Below are positions 38,964 to 49,202 of a DNA stretch of 64,000 nt, piece after piece. The position numbers were made by a program, and so were the translations under genes. Source of the stretch: Mesotaenium endlicherianum (lineage: Eukaryota); assembly GCA_009602735.1 (NCBI GenBank), contig WELA01002856.1, forward strand, positions 124,001 through 188,000. Reading direction: 5' to 3'. Under the pieces are notes generated by a model. The model was not told where the DNA came from. It was given only the letters and a program-made list of their open reading frames with translations, and searched no databases. Positions within the stretch are counted from its first letter, which is position 1, and each line of letters begins with the position of its first letter.

Positions 38964-41205
38964 TTCATGGACTCCATTACTACTGAGGGTAAGAAGAAGA
39001 CGGGTGAGTACATTGCTAAGTTCATTATTGAAGCCGTAAAGAAAGTGGGTCCTGAAAATGTCGTGCAAGTGTGCACAGATTCAGCTGCCAATTGTGTCAA
39101 AGCGAGAGAGTTGGTACAAGAGTTCCCTAACATTTTTAGAACACCTTGTGCGGCCCATTGCCTAGATTTGCTTCTCAAAGACCTAGGGAAAATTCAAGAG
39201 TTAGAAGAGATTGCAGATATATTCAAGGGCTTAGTCCAGTTTGGGACTAATCACCACATGCCTCACGCTATTTATTGTCAGCATGCAAAGAGGCTCAATA
39301 ATGTGTTAAAGTTGTTGAAGCCTGCACCCACCAGATTCGCAAGTAAATTTTTATGCTTGTAAAGATTGTATGAGGTTAGAGACACCTTGCAAGCTATGGT
39401 AGCTGATAGTTGTTGGCTTGAGTGGTCTGTTAGGAATGGGTGTGCAAATGAGGCTACGAGGATTCGAGACATCATTCGGAAAGACAGTATGTGGGAGAGA
39501 TTGAAAGTGTGGGTAAATGTGTGTGAGCCAATAATTGTACTTCTTCGTCTTGTTGACTCTCCAAAACCAGCACTAGGGAAAATCTGGGCCAGGATGTCTG
39601 CGATTCAAGAGCACGTCAATAATGCCCCCGGTTTAAAAGACGCTCAAATAGCCAAGGCTGCCAAGGAAGTTGCTGCGCGTTGGCAACAACTACTCTCTCC
39701 GTTGCATTCCACCGGTAGGTTGTTATTTGTCATATTTGTCTCCATCCTTCTCGTTAGGCATGTTGTTGAACTTGATTTGCTGCTGTGTTTTCCTGCTCGT
39801 CCTTGTGTGTCATGTTCCCTCTCTCTCATCTCTCTCAATGCTCTCTTTTCTCTCTCTCTTCTCTCACTCTCTCTCTCTATGGACATTATTGAATATGTTT
39901 GTTTATGATATTAATGTTTTGTTCTGCTCTTGTGCAGGCTACTACATGGATCCAGAGTTTTGAGACCATGATTCTTGGGCCAGCAATAGTTCTCTCTTAA
40001 GGGACCATTTGCTAGTGTGCTAGAAGCTTGTTGGAAAGGGGACTTTGCTAAGAGCTCAAGTTGACAAGGAGCTGAGCCTCTATCACGAAAAGGGGGATAC
40101 ATTTGGTGATAGTGTAGTATTGGTAAATAAGAGTAGTATGCCTGCACATGTTTGGTGGGAAATATATGGGAGTGTATGTCCAAACCTGCAAGCTCTTGCA
40201 ATGAAAGTCTTGTCCCAACCTGCATCAACTTCTGCTTGTGAGCGGAATTGGTCGAAATACGGCGCAACAGGTTGCTTCCAAGTAGGGCAAAGAAGCTTGT
40301 ATATGTGCACTCTATGTTGAGGTTGCAAGAGAAAAGCGTCAAAAGTCTAGGTACAGCAAGTGTAGAAAAACTACCATGGGTTGTTGAAGCGGAGCTTGAA
40401 GTATCTCAAGAGGTTGTAGAAGCGGAACTCACAGACAATGCAGAGAATATTGTCTTTGAGCAAGAGAGTGAGGATGAGGAAGAGGAAGAGGAGTTAGAGG
40501 AAGAAGGGGTGGAGGAAGAGGAGAGCCTTGTAGATACAAGGAGGACAAGAGCTAGAAGATGTTGATGTTGTGCAATCACTTTCTCGTTTGTTTGTAGGCA
40601 TGTGAGCATTGATGTTACATGTGCAATCTCTACTTAATGTTTACTTCTAATTATCTTGGGTATGGGTATGATTGATACAATGATTTATATTACATGTCTT
40701 AGCAATAGCAATGTAATTGTGAATTAATCATATATGTGGCGTACGAATTTTGAAGAAGTTTGTCTCTCTGCAAATACGTACTCAACTTCTCAATTCTTAA
40801 TAGTAAGCAATTTGCAAAAATGATTGGAAAAAGAGGATTGAAAGAGAGGTGAATAACAAACTAAGCAAACAATGCACTTAAAACAGCGAGAACGACAGCG
40901 AACAAGCAAACTCGAGAACTTGGCGTGCACGCAAACAAGATAACCTTAAAAATTAGTAAGAAAAAATTTCTAAACTCAAAAATAATTTCCAAAATAGTTT
41001 TTCTGCCCGGCATGTGTCAAAAAGTACGAACATGTACGACATGTACAATATTACGTCGACACTTAATGTCCATGATTTTCTTTTGATTGAAAATAATATT
41101 TATATTAAAAACAAACACGAACTAAGCGAACAAGGCTCAAAAAACAACACGAACTATAGCGAACAAGCGAACTGCAAAACTAAGCGTACATGCGAACGGC
41201 GTAAC

Positions 41206-42190
41206 AGGACACAATGGGGTGTTAACGATCATGGATCGTTTCACTAAAGTGGTGTATTTAGGTGGCCACTAAACCATCAGCTGATGCAATCAAGACTGCT
41301 TGTCTCTTTATTGATCACGTGTTCAAGTTTCCTTGCATGCGGAAACATGCAGTCAAGATCATTAATGATCGTGCCAATAGATTTACAAGCAACTTCTGGC
41401 AGGAAGTTTGCTCGTACTTCGACATGACACTTCAGATATTCAGCAGCTTCCATCCTCAGACCAATAAGCCCGAGAAAAACGAATGAACCGCGTTCTAGAG
41501 CAGTTCCTCAAGCATTAGGTGAAGTTTCACTAAGACAACTGGGACACCCTCCTTTCAGTTTCAGAGTTCACTGCTACTAATGCTTATCAGGAACATGATT
41601 ATGGAAGACATCCGCACACTCCTCTCACGCGCGTCGTTTACGCTAAGGCGGGGATGTCAACTATGAGAGTACCAAGTGCACGCCAAGATGTCCATTCTTT
41701 GTAAGAGATGCACAAACAAGCGTTGGCTTTAACCGTTGCTCGAGATTGACAGAACACGTTTGCTGATACGCACAAGATTGATTTGAGTTTTGAGATTGGC
41801 AATAATTTACTTTTGCCACTAAAAACTTGTAACTCAAGCACCCAGCTTCTGCCTCGCTGGATAGGCCCTTTTATCGTTATTGCACACGTTTGACCTGTTG
41901 CAAAACGACTGGATTTGCAAATTTATGGGGCGAACGCATTCTGTGTTCCCATGTCAGTATACTCAAGCTGTTTAGGTCTGACGGCCATTCTTAGCCACAA
42001 GCACCGGAATTGGAACTTACTGATGATGATAAGGCCTAAGATGTAGAGGACGTCCTACGACATCGCTACACCCATCATAAAGCCTCCCAAGGGAGCTTTT
42101 GATCAAATGGCTCAATTACGACTCCCGTTGGGACTTATACAAACCTAAGGATAAAATCTTACTCATTTGTAGTAACCTGCTTCAAGTAGT
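41206..42190 (+). pseudogene. pol: Old Ty3/gypsy integrase core and chromodomain relic
   Basis: GHNGVLTIMDRFTKVV, NDRANRFTSNFW, SSFHPQT, RWIGPF and LIKWLNYD. Confidence 0.75.
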
Positions 42191-43659
42191 ATTGATTACG
42201 ATGGGCTTTCACTCAGCAAGCTCTGTGCCACGGCAAGTGTGCTACACTTTGAGACGGATCAAATGCAAAAACTCATTTTCGTTAAGTGTTTTTCAAGGCG
42301 GAGAAGACCAATTCTCCGCCACATTTGAGCGAAGGGTTGGAGGCGGAGAAAGGCATTCCTCGGCCTCTCTCTACCACTTTCCGCCTCATAAGTACAATTC
42401 TCCGTCTGATTCTCCACTTGCAAGCGGAGTTACATGCAAATGAAGGAGACAATGGCCAATCATCAAGCGGAGTACATTGGCCAATCAAGACAGTGTACAA
42501 TATCTTCCAAAATTGAGTGTTTTGCAAAAGCAAGGGCAATTGAGTTTTTAATAAAAAGTTGCTTTCGCTTATGAATGCATTCTGATCCATTTTGACTTTT
42601 TTCATTGGTCGCTCTAGCCGTGGCTAGATCTCACACCAAAAGGGCGACCATGCCACCAACCTAACGATCCGATCTCATAAAGGCATGCGAACTAATGAAC
42701 AAATGCACCCGTCGACATGGGAGACAAATCAGGCATCAAGCGAAAATTGGCTACTTGCAAGTTCTCCCAGCAAGGTCAAAACCTCCCAAAAACCAAAAAT
42801 CCCAGAGCCCCCGTACATCCCAAACCCCGAAGGCCCTTAGCTGTGGAGGGCAAACCCCATACTCAGCAGGTGTATTGTTGAGTTGCGATAGTGGAGAGGT
42901 CGTTTGTAATGAATCAGTATATTAGTAGATATAATATTCATTTAAATAATATAGTTAATTAAGTTCAGCCTGCTGAACTCTAGTTAATAATCAGTCTGCT
43001 GAACTTCATATTTAATATTAGTTTAATGACTCAGCCGGAAGCAGCAGGCTGAAGTCAACTTAAGTCAGCTTGCTGACACATTCTTTGACAGCCAGCTGAC
43101 TTTCGTGCTCGGTAGCAGCGAACTGCCTTGATATGCATCTAAGTACGACATGCTAGATGAATGGCCAGATGACATCCCTATGATGGATGGCGATTCGGGA
43201 TGATGGGAGATGGCGGTGGATTTGGTTAACCGAGGTCCTACCAACGTGGTTAACTCCCGAGCAGGCGGTGCCATCGCACTGACCGTTGAACAGTAAACTC
43301 ATTCCATGTACATATGCTAGGCATTGCTCTCGAGTTCGGCATTCGGAAACGAGGCCAACTCTTTTGTACAGCTTACGGAGAGAGATCTGAATCCAAGGCG
43401 AGAATTCATTGATACGCACTGTCTTCCAACCTTGCTTATGTAAGAGTTTATTGAATGCATTATTAATGCTAGTTTACTTGCATTTGACTTACGAGTATTA
43501 TTCACTGCTAGTGTGTGGTCCTTTGCTTATTGATTCAATTTACGGAAAATACCATAAAGATTACTTGCTGATATAAAGATCTTTATTAATTGTTAATCGC
43601 CTAATTGGTAAGTCGATTCATTCCAGTGGTATCGGAGCAGTTATCAGAGTCTTCTTTGT

Positions 43660-45880
43660 ATGGTAAGGACAAGGTCTCAGACTAGCAACTCCCGAGACAT
43701 GGAGAACCAGGATAACGAGAATGTCCAAATCCAGGCGGGAAGCCATGTAGCGGGAACCCGTACCTATTCTGAAGCAGTGGCAGAACCTGCAGCTAGAGAG
43801 GCTGCAGATGAGGCAGCAGCTATTGCCGCAGTCGCAGCACAGCAAGCTGAGGAGGAGAGAGCCAGATCAGAAGCTAAACAATTAGCAAAGGCTGCTGGAG
43901 ATACAGAAAGGAGGGAAAGACAGCCAACCGACGAGCGCACTGTTGAAGAACTTAAGGCATCCAGGGCCAATGTTCTGAACCCACCCCCTGCTGTACAACT
44001 CAATGTACCCCTAGGTCAAACACGTGACAGGCTGAATGCGGCAGGACTTGCTGCTGCAGGAGCGAGAGGGATTGTTGACGACACTACTCAGCGCGTAGAT
44101 GCCAATGCTGCTGCTGCATTTGCTAGACTACCACCCCAGAGTGTAGACTTGGGAGCATTGTTCGTTCAAATGCAGTCGCAAATGGCGACCATGTATCAGT
44201 CCCAACAGGAGGACAAAAGAATCATAATGTCCCTACTCCGGGACAGAGACCAACTGGGGTCTCACACCACTAGTGGTGGTGGCCGAGGGCCTAGTAAGCC
44301 CAAGCCGAAACCTCCCCAGGACTATGATCCTGAGGGAAACAGAAAATATTACCTGATCAAGTTTCTCGCGGATGTTGAGCAGTGGCTGGAGAACTACCCA
44401 GAACTGCAAGATTACGAGAAGGTCAGGCACACCGGTGCGCTACTGAAAGGCAGTGCCGCAGACTGGTGGCTTTACTGGAAGGAAGAGCGTAAGGCTCGGC
44501 AACTCGGTGACCCTACGTGGGTAGAGTTTGTCGAGAAGTTGCATGAGAAGTTTGATGTCATCAACCAGCAGGAGAAAGCTATCTATGCGATGATCTCCCT
44601 GACACTGAAGCAGACCACTTCAGTTGCTGAGTTTGCTCAAAAGTTCCAAGAGAACATGATGAAGCAGCCTGATTTGCCAGAACGATATAGGATAGCATAC
44701 TTCAGGTATGGCTTGAAATCCGAGGTCTCTGGTCATTTTGCAGGGTTACGCCGCACGCCGTACAGGCCGACCTTTGTATGCTTATATAAGCGTACTGAGT
44801 AAGTACGCACGTACTAAGCGTACGAAAAGCTCATCACTCGTGCACGCCGGTCAGGAACGCCATGACGTTTTCACGTCAGGCACCGCTTTGTTTCACTCGT
44901 GGTAGAGTTTGTCGAGAAGTTGCATGAGAAGTTTGATGTCATCAACCAGCAGGAGAAAGCTATCTATGCGATGATCTCCCTGACACTGAAGCAGACCACT
45001 TCAGTTGCTGAGTTTGCTCAAAAGTTCCAAGAGAACATGATGAAGCAGCCAGATTTGCCAGAACGGTATAGGATAGCATACTTCAGGTATGGCTTGAAAT
45101 CCGAGGTCTCTGGTCATTTTGCAGGGTTACGCCGCACGCCGTACAGGCCGACCTTTGTATGCTTATATAAGCGTACTGAGTAAGTACGCACGTACTAAGC
45201 GTACGAAAAGCTCATCACTCGTGCACGCCGGTCAGGAACGCCATGACGTTTTCACGTCAGGCACCGCTTTGTTTCACTCGTGGTAGAGTTTGTCGAGAAG
45301 TTGCATGAGAAGTTTGATGTCATCAACCAGCAGGAGAAAGCTATCTATGCGATGATCTCCCTGACACTGAAGCAGACCACTTCAGTTGCTCAGTTTGCTC
45401 AAAAGTTCCAGGAGAACATGATGAAGCAGCCAGACTTGCCAGAAAGGTATAGGATAGCATACTTTAGGTATGGCTTGAAATCCGAAGTCTCCGGTCATTT
45501 CGCTAAGAAGAAGTATGAGAAACTGGCTGACTTGATTCAGGATGCTGATGCCTGGGATAAACAGCAGTTCAATCACAAGCGCCAGAGTAATGCTTTGGTG
45601 TCTAAGATTGTCAAAAAGTCCCACAGTTCCTACAATGCAGTTGAAGGAGACCAGGCTGAGGATGATCAGGGTGATGAATATGAGTTTGAGTATAATGCTA
45701 TACAGTCTAGAGGTAGAGGTGGTTTCTCTCGAGGCGGCTATGGAAGAGGTGGTGGTAGGACTAAGCCGAGATCAGCCTCAGCAAAATCTGTTTGCTTCCA
45801 TTGCCAGCAAACGGGTCACTTCAGATAGCAGTGTCCAGTCAAGCACCTCCCAAAGCTCAAGAGAAAAGACCTGCCATTAA
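43660..45880 (+). pseudogene. gag: Gag of family B, disrupted by a triplication with foreign inserts and by the piggyBac
   Basis: Matches intact gag 59374-60852. [10 protein letters not shown] and CFHCQQTGH. Confidence 0.9.
44521..45502. repeat. 381-bp tandem unit (220 bp gag + ~161 bp foreign DNA) twice, plus a third gag segment
   Basis: GTAGAGTTTGTCGAG starts at 44521, 44902 and 45283. CAGGGTTACGCCG inserts start at 44741 and 45122. Confidence 0.93.
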
Positions 45881-48800
45881 CACTAGCTTTACGGTGGGTC
45901 CTTTTTTGGTTCTGGAACCATAATTTGTCCCATAACTAGGTCATTTTCTACGGGCCCTAACCTTAATTTATTTTTATCCAAATTACCTGAAAATAGGCTC
46001 CCTAGGAGCACTAACACGTGAACCCTACCGGCAAATTAGAGACAGGGCAAACGGACAAGTATCGACGGAGATACTTCAAATTGCCGGCCAAGAACAGTGC
46101 TAAGTTTGGTTCAATATTCACCTTCACTTTCGATCTTTTTCACTCTCTGTTGATTGTCGATTGCAGACTCAAACAGCCATGGCTGCCATGGCTTCTTCTT
46201 GTACAGGCTTTGTAGTAGAGGTAGGCACTAAGATACTCACTCCTAGCAAGATTTGGGGTGAGAGTTGGGCTGCGCAAGAGTTCGGAGAGCACTATGAAGA
46301 GTTCTTTTTGGTAGGAATTCTTGAAGAAGAGGTGCATAAAACAAAGGAAACCAAGTATAAAATCTACTTTGGGTACGATGGGGAGTACAAAACATGGGGT
46401 CGCAAGCAGATACTACAATATGTGCCCATTGTACCCGAGTTTAGGTGGTTTTGCCCTTATGAGGGAGTAGTGAGGGTGGAGGCTTCTTCTAACCCAATTT
46501 TGCAAGAAACTAGCAGTAGAGCATTTCAAGTGACACCTGTCACTCCTGTCACTCAAAGCACCCCTGAAGTCACTGATACACCACAAGCAGATGCATCTGA
46601 GGCTGAGACAGAGTCAGACTCGGCCTTAGATCCTGCAGAACCAAGGCGAAAGAGAGGTAGACCTGCAAAACAGACTGGACCAGACATGAGTGTGCCCTGC
46701 AATAGAGAGGAGAGGAAAAACAGAGTGGTAGTGGCAAGAGAGGGTGCAAAGAAGAGAGCACACAAAGGCTACAGGAAGAAGAAGAATAGGGTCTCAGATG
46801 AAGAAGAATTCAGCAGTGACTCGGAGCTGGAGTCCGAAGGTGAGCCCCTGGTGGCAACTCAAGATGAAGAACAAGTGCTGGAGCCTGTGACGCCTGTGGA
46901 GCCAGCAAATAGAGGAGGAGAAGAGTACAGCTGGAGACCTGCAGAGGAAGGTGAAGTGCCCCCATGGTTGGTTAAGCCTGTCAGTACTGTGGGCACAGGC
47001 CTGGTCAGAGTCAGTACCAGGCTGTTTCATACATTCAGCCCATTTGCTGTGCTTTGTCTCTTGGTTGGTATAGAGTGGTATGACCAGATGGCTGCTGCAA
47101 CAAATGAGTATGCTCAAAATGAAGGTGCTAAGAAATGGGTCATTCTTACCACCAGTGAGCTCATTCTGTGGCATGGGCTATGCATTGCTATGGCACTCAA
47201 CCCTTTGCCTAGGTATACAATGTATTGGAGAAGTGACAGTTTTGGTCCTGTACTATTTCCAGCTTTTGGAAAGTACATGTCCAGAGATAGGTGGGTCCAG
47301 ATAAAGTCCTACTTGCACATCATTTCAAATGCTGGTAGAGATGTGTTTCCTACAGCTTCTGGAGAATATAGGCTATGGCAGTGTCAGCCATTCATAGACT
47401 TGCTCAAGAGTACATTCAAGCAATACTATAATCCAGGTGAGCACTTGACTATAGATGAGCGGCTTATCCCGACTAGAAACAGACAATGCCCAGTCCGGGT
47501 GTATTGTCCAAAAAAGCCTTATAAGTTTGGTATTGAGTTGTTTACTTTGGTTGACAGTATAACATACTATTGCTACGATTTTGTAGTATTTGACAAGGTC
47601 AAGAGACCAGGCAGGAATACTACGGTTGTGTTGGAGATGGTGAGCACTTTGCCCCAGGGGCAGACTTACAGCTTTGTCTTAGACAGAGGCTTTACTAGCC
47701 CTGTACTTGTAAGAGAGTTGTCTAACCTAGGTCATGGAGCTACTGGTACTGTTGTCAGTAGAAAGCACTATCCTATCAAGGACCTGGTCCTAGATGTACC
47801 TGCAGGCGAGAGAGAGGCAGAACAGGGCAGCTTCAAGGCCCTCGTGAGTGATTGGCCTGAACAAGTAGCAGTTGTCTGGCAGGACAAGAAGCCAGTCTAC
47901 TTCTTGTCTAACTGTAGAGGCTTGAATGTGGTTGAAGTTGAGAGAAGGCAGAAGGGAGGAGAGACTAGCACTATACCTGCTCCTGATATTGTGAAGCACT
48001 ATAACCAGTACAAAGACGCCGTTGACCAATTTGACAAACTTTGCTTGAGGGACAACTATTCAGTAGAGACAGAGCAGGTCGCTAGGAAGTGGTGGCACCG
48101 CTTGTACTGGGGCCTGTTTGACGGTGCCATTGCAAATGCATACATCTTGTATGAGCTGGCTCATCCTGGTGCTGACAGATATTCTTTCATGTTGCGGCTA
48201 GTGAAAGAGATGTCGGAGTGGGTACATCCTCGCGACAGGCAGACAAGATCAAGTTCAGCAGGAGCTTCTGGAGAGCAGAGATGGACTGGCAGGCACTTCC
48301 CAAACAAGGTCAACAAAGGAGAGAGAAGGTCTTGTGTAGTGTGCTCTGCTAAGAAGTTTGACAAAGGGGCTGCAGGCAGGAAGAGTAGATGTCAGTACAT
48401 GTGTATGCCCTGCAACGTCATCTTGCACCCTAGTCCCTGCTTTGAGATCTACCACACTACCAAGAACATTGACCATGTGGATGTAGGCAGGAAGAGGTTG
48501 CCTAATGGCTGCCCTAAGAAGTAGTACCATTGGTAGCAATAAAGACTCAAAATACAATTTTTTTTGCACACATTATGTGCTCTAAACTTCAATTTTGACG
48601 ACTCGTCCATGGGGCCTAATGTGGTAGAAGTCATTATTTTTGCTTGACATAATTTTACTGCTCTTGTGTAATAGGATGGTAGAGTACCTAGTTATGAATG
48701 CTCCGAAACTTATTTGAATGCATTCCATCAAGTTGTGGAAATTATATGACTCATTTAGTGAAGCTGCATGGTGCATCTCTTAGTGAAATTATGGGACCAT

Positions 48801-49198
48801 GTCCAAAAAGCTGGTGTCAGTTTTGGGCCTAAACTTTAGCATGTTAGCGTATACAAAGTATTGAATGAAATGAAAATCTGTCAAGTGCAGTGTGGTCACT
48901 ACATCAGGATGTATGCTAGGAAAAATCAGGACCTTGAAATCTGTTGTACTTCTCCGCATATTGCGCCCAAAAGAAATGTACCTTTTGCGGGTCACACGTG
49001 TGTTACCTTTCAAGTACAAAAAAGTACAATGAAAAATGCCGCAAAAATCGGAAAAAGTACATTGCCAGAATCCTTATTCAAAGGACATTTCAAATATATA
49101 TCACTTTCACATACCACATAAGTACTCTATTTATCATTAGCATCCAAAGAAGGGCTGTTATGAGGTTGGTTTTGGTCCCAGTGGCAGTAAAGCTAGTG
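45881..49198 (+). mobile_element. Complete piggyBac DNA transposon (3318 bp)
   Basis: TTAA at 45877-45880 and 49199-49202. Perfect 12-bp TIRs CACTAGCTTTAC / GTAAAGCTAGTG. The empty site is seen in the sister element at 60828-60834. Confidence 0.95.
46179..48524 (+). CDS. piggyBac transposase (~781 aa)
   Basis: MSRDRW, catalytic-type motifs LTIDERL, VLDRGFTS and YNQYKDAVDQFD, PKKPYKFG, KWW, NAYILY, and a C-terminal Cys-rich domain CVVC..CMPCNVILHPSPCFEIYH. No stops. Confidence 0.93.
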   Translation: MAAMASSCTGFVVEVGTKILTPSKIWGESWAAQEFGEHYEEFFLVGILEEEVHKTKETKYKIYFGYDGEYKTWGRKQILQYVPIVPEFRWFCPYEGVVRVEASSNPILQETSSRAFQVTPVTPVTQSTPEVTDTPQADASEAETESDSALDPAEPRRKRGRPAKQTGPDMSVPCNREERKNRVVVAREGAKKRAHKGYRKKKNRVSDEEEFSSDSELESEGEPLVATQDEEQVLEPVTPVEPANRGGEEYSWRPAEEGEVPPWLVKPVSTVGTGLVRVSTRLFHTFSPFAVLCLLVGIEWYDQMAAATNEYAQNEGAKKWVILTTSELILWHGLCIAMALNPLPRYTMYWRSDSFGPVLFPAFGKYMSRDRWVQIKSYLHIISNAGRDVFPTASGEYRLWQCQPFIDLLKSTFKQYYNPGEHLTIDERLIPTRNRQCPVRVYCPKKPYKFGIELFTLVDSITYYCYDFVVFDKVKRPGRNTTVVLEMVSTLPQGQTYSFVLDRGFTSPVLVRELSNLGHGATGTVVSRKHYPIKDLVLDVPAGEREAEQGSFKALVSDWPEQVAVVWQDKKPVYFLSNCRGLNVVEVERRQKGGETSTIPAPDIVKHYNQYKDAVDQFDKLCLRDNYSVETEQVARKWWHRLYWGLFDGAIANAYILYELAHPGADRYSFMLRLVKEMSEWVHPRDRQTRSSSAGASGEQRWTGRHFPNKVNKGERRSCVVCSAKKFDKGAAGRKSRCQYMCMPCNVILHPSPCFEIYHTTKNIDHVDVGRKRLPNGCPKK

Positions 49199-49202
49199 TT
49201 AA

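Larger units (their letters stand above)
19875..40565 (+). pseudogene. hAT-superfamily (DUF659-type) transposase, disrupted. Pieces 19875-20430, 27116-27266, 33637-33701, 38969-39714, intron 39715-39937, 39938-40565
   Basis: BED finger W..VKCKFCDHVFWGGIT; VARFFYATGVSFN; LVLDGW|TD; VQVCTDSAANC; TPCAAHCLDL; PTRF; LHSTG|YYMDP across a GT-AG intron; SACERNWS; acidic tail. Pieces rejoin after removing three LTR elements and one TSD copy each. Confidence 0.9.

Noticed and set aside
44521..45502. Repeat-spacer arrangement suggestive of a CRISPR-like array
   Set aside because: The units are 381 bp, the intervening segments are identical, and the context is a eukaryotic gag.
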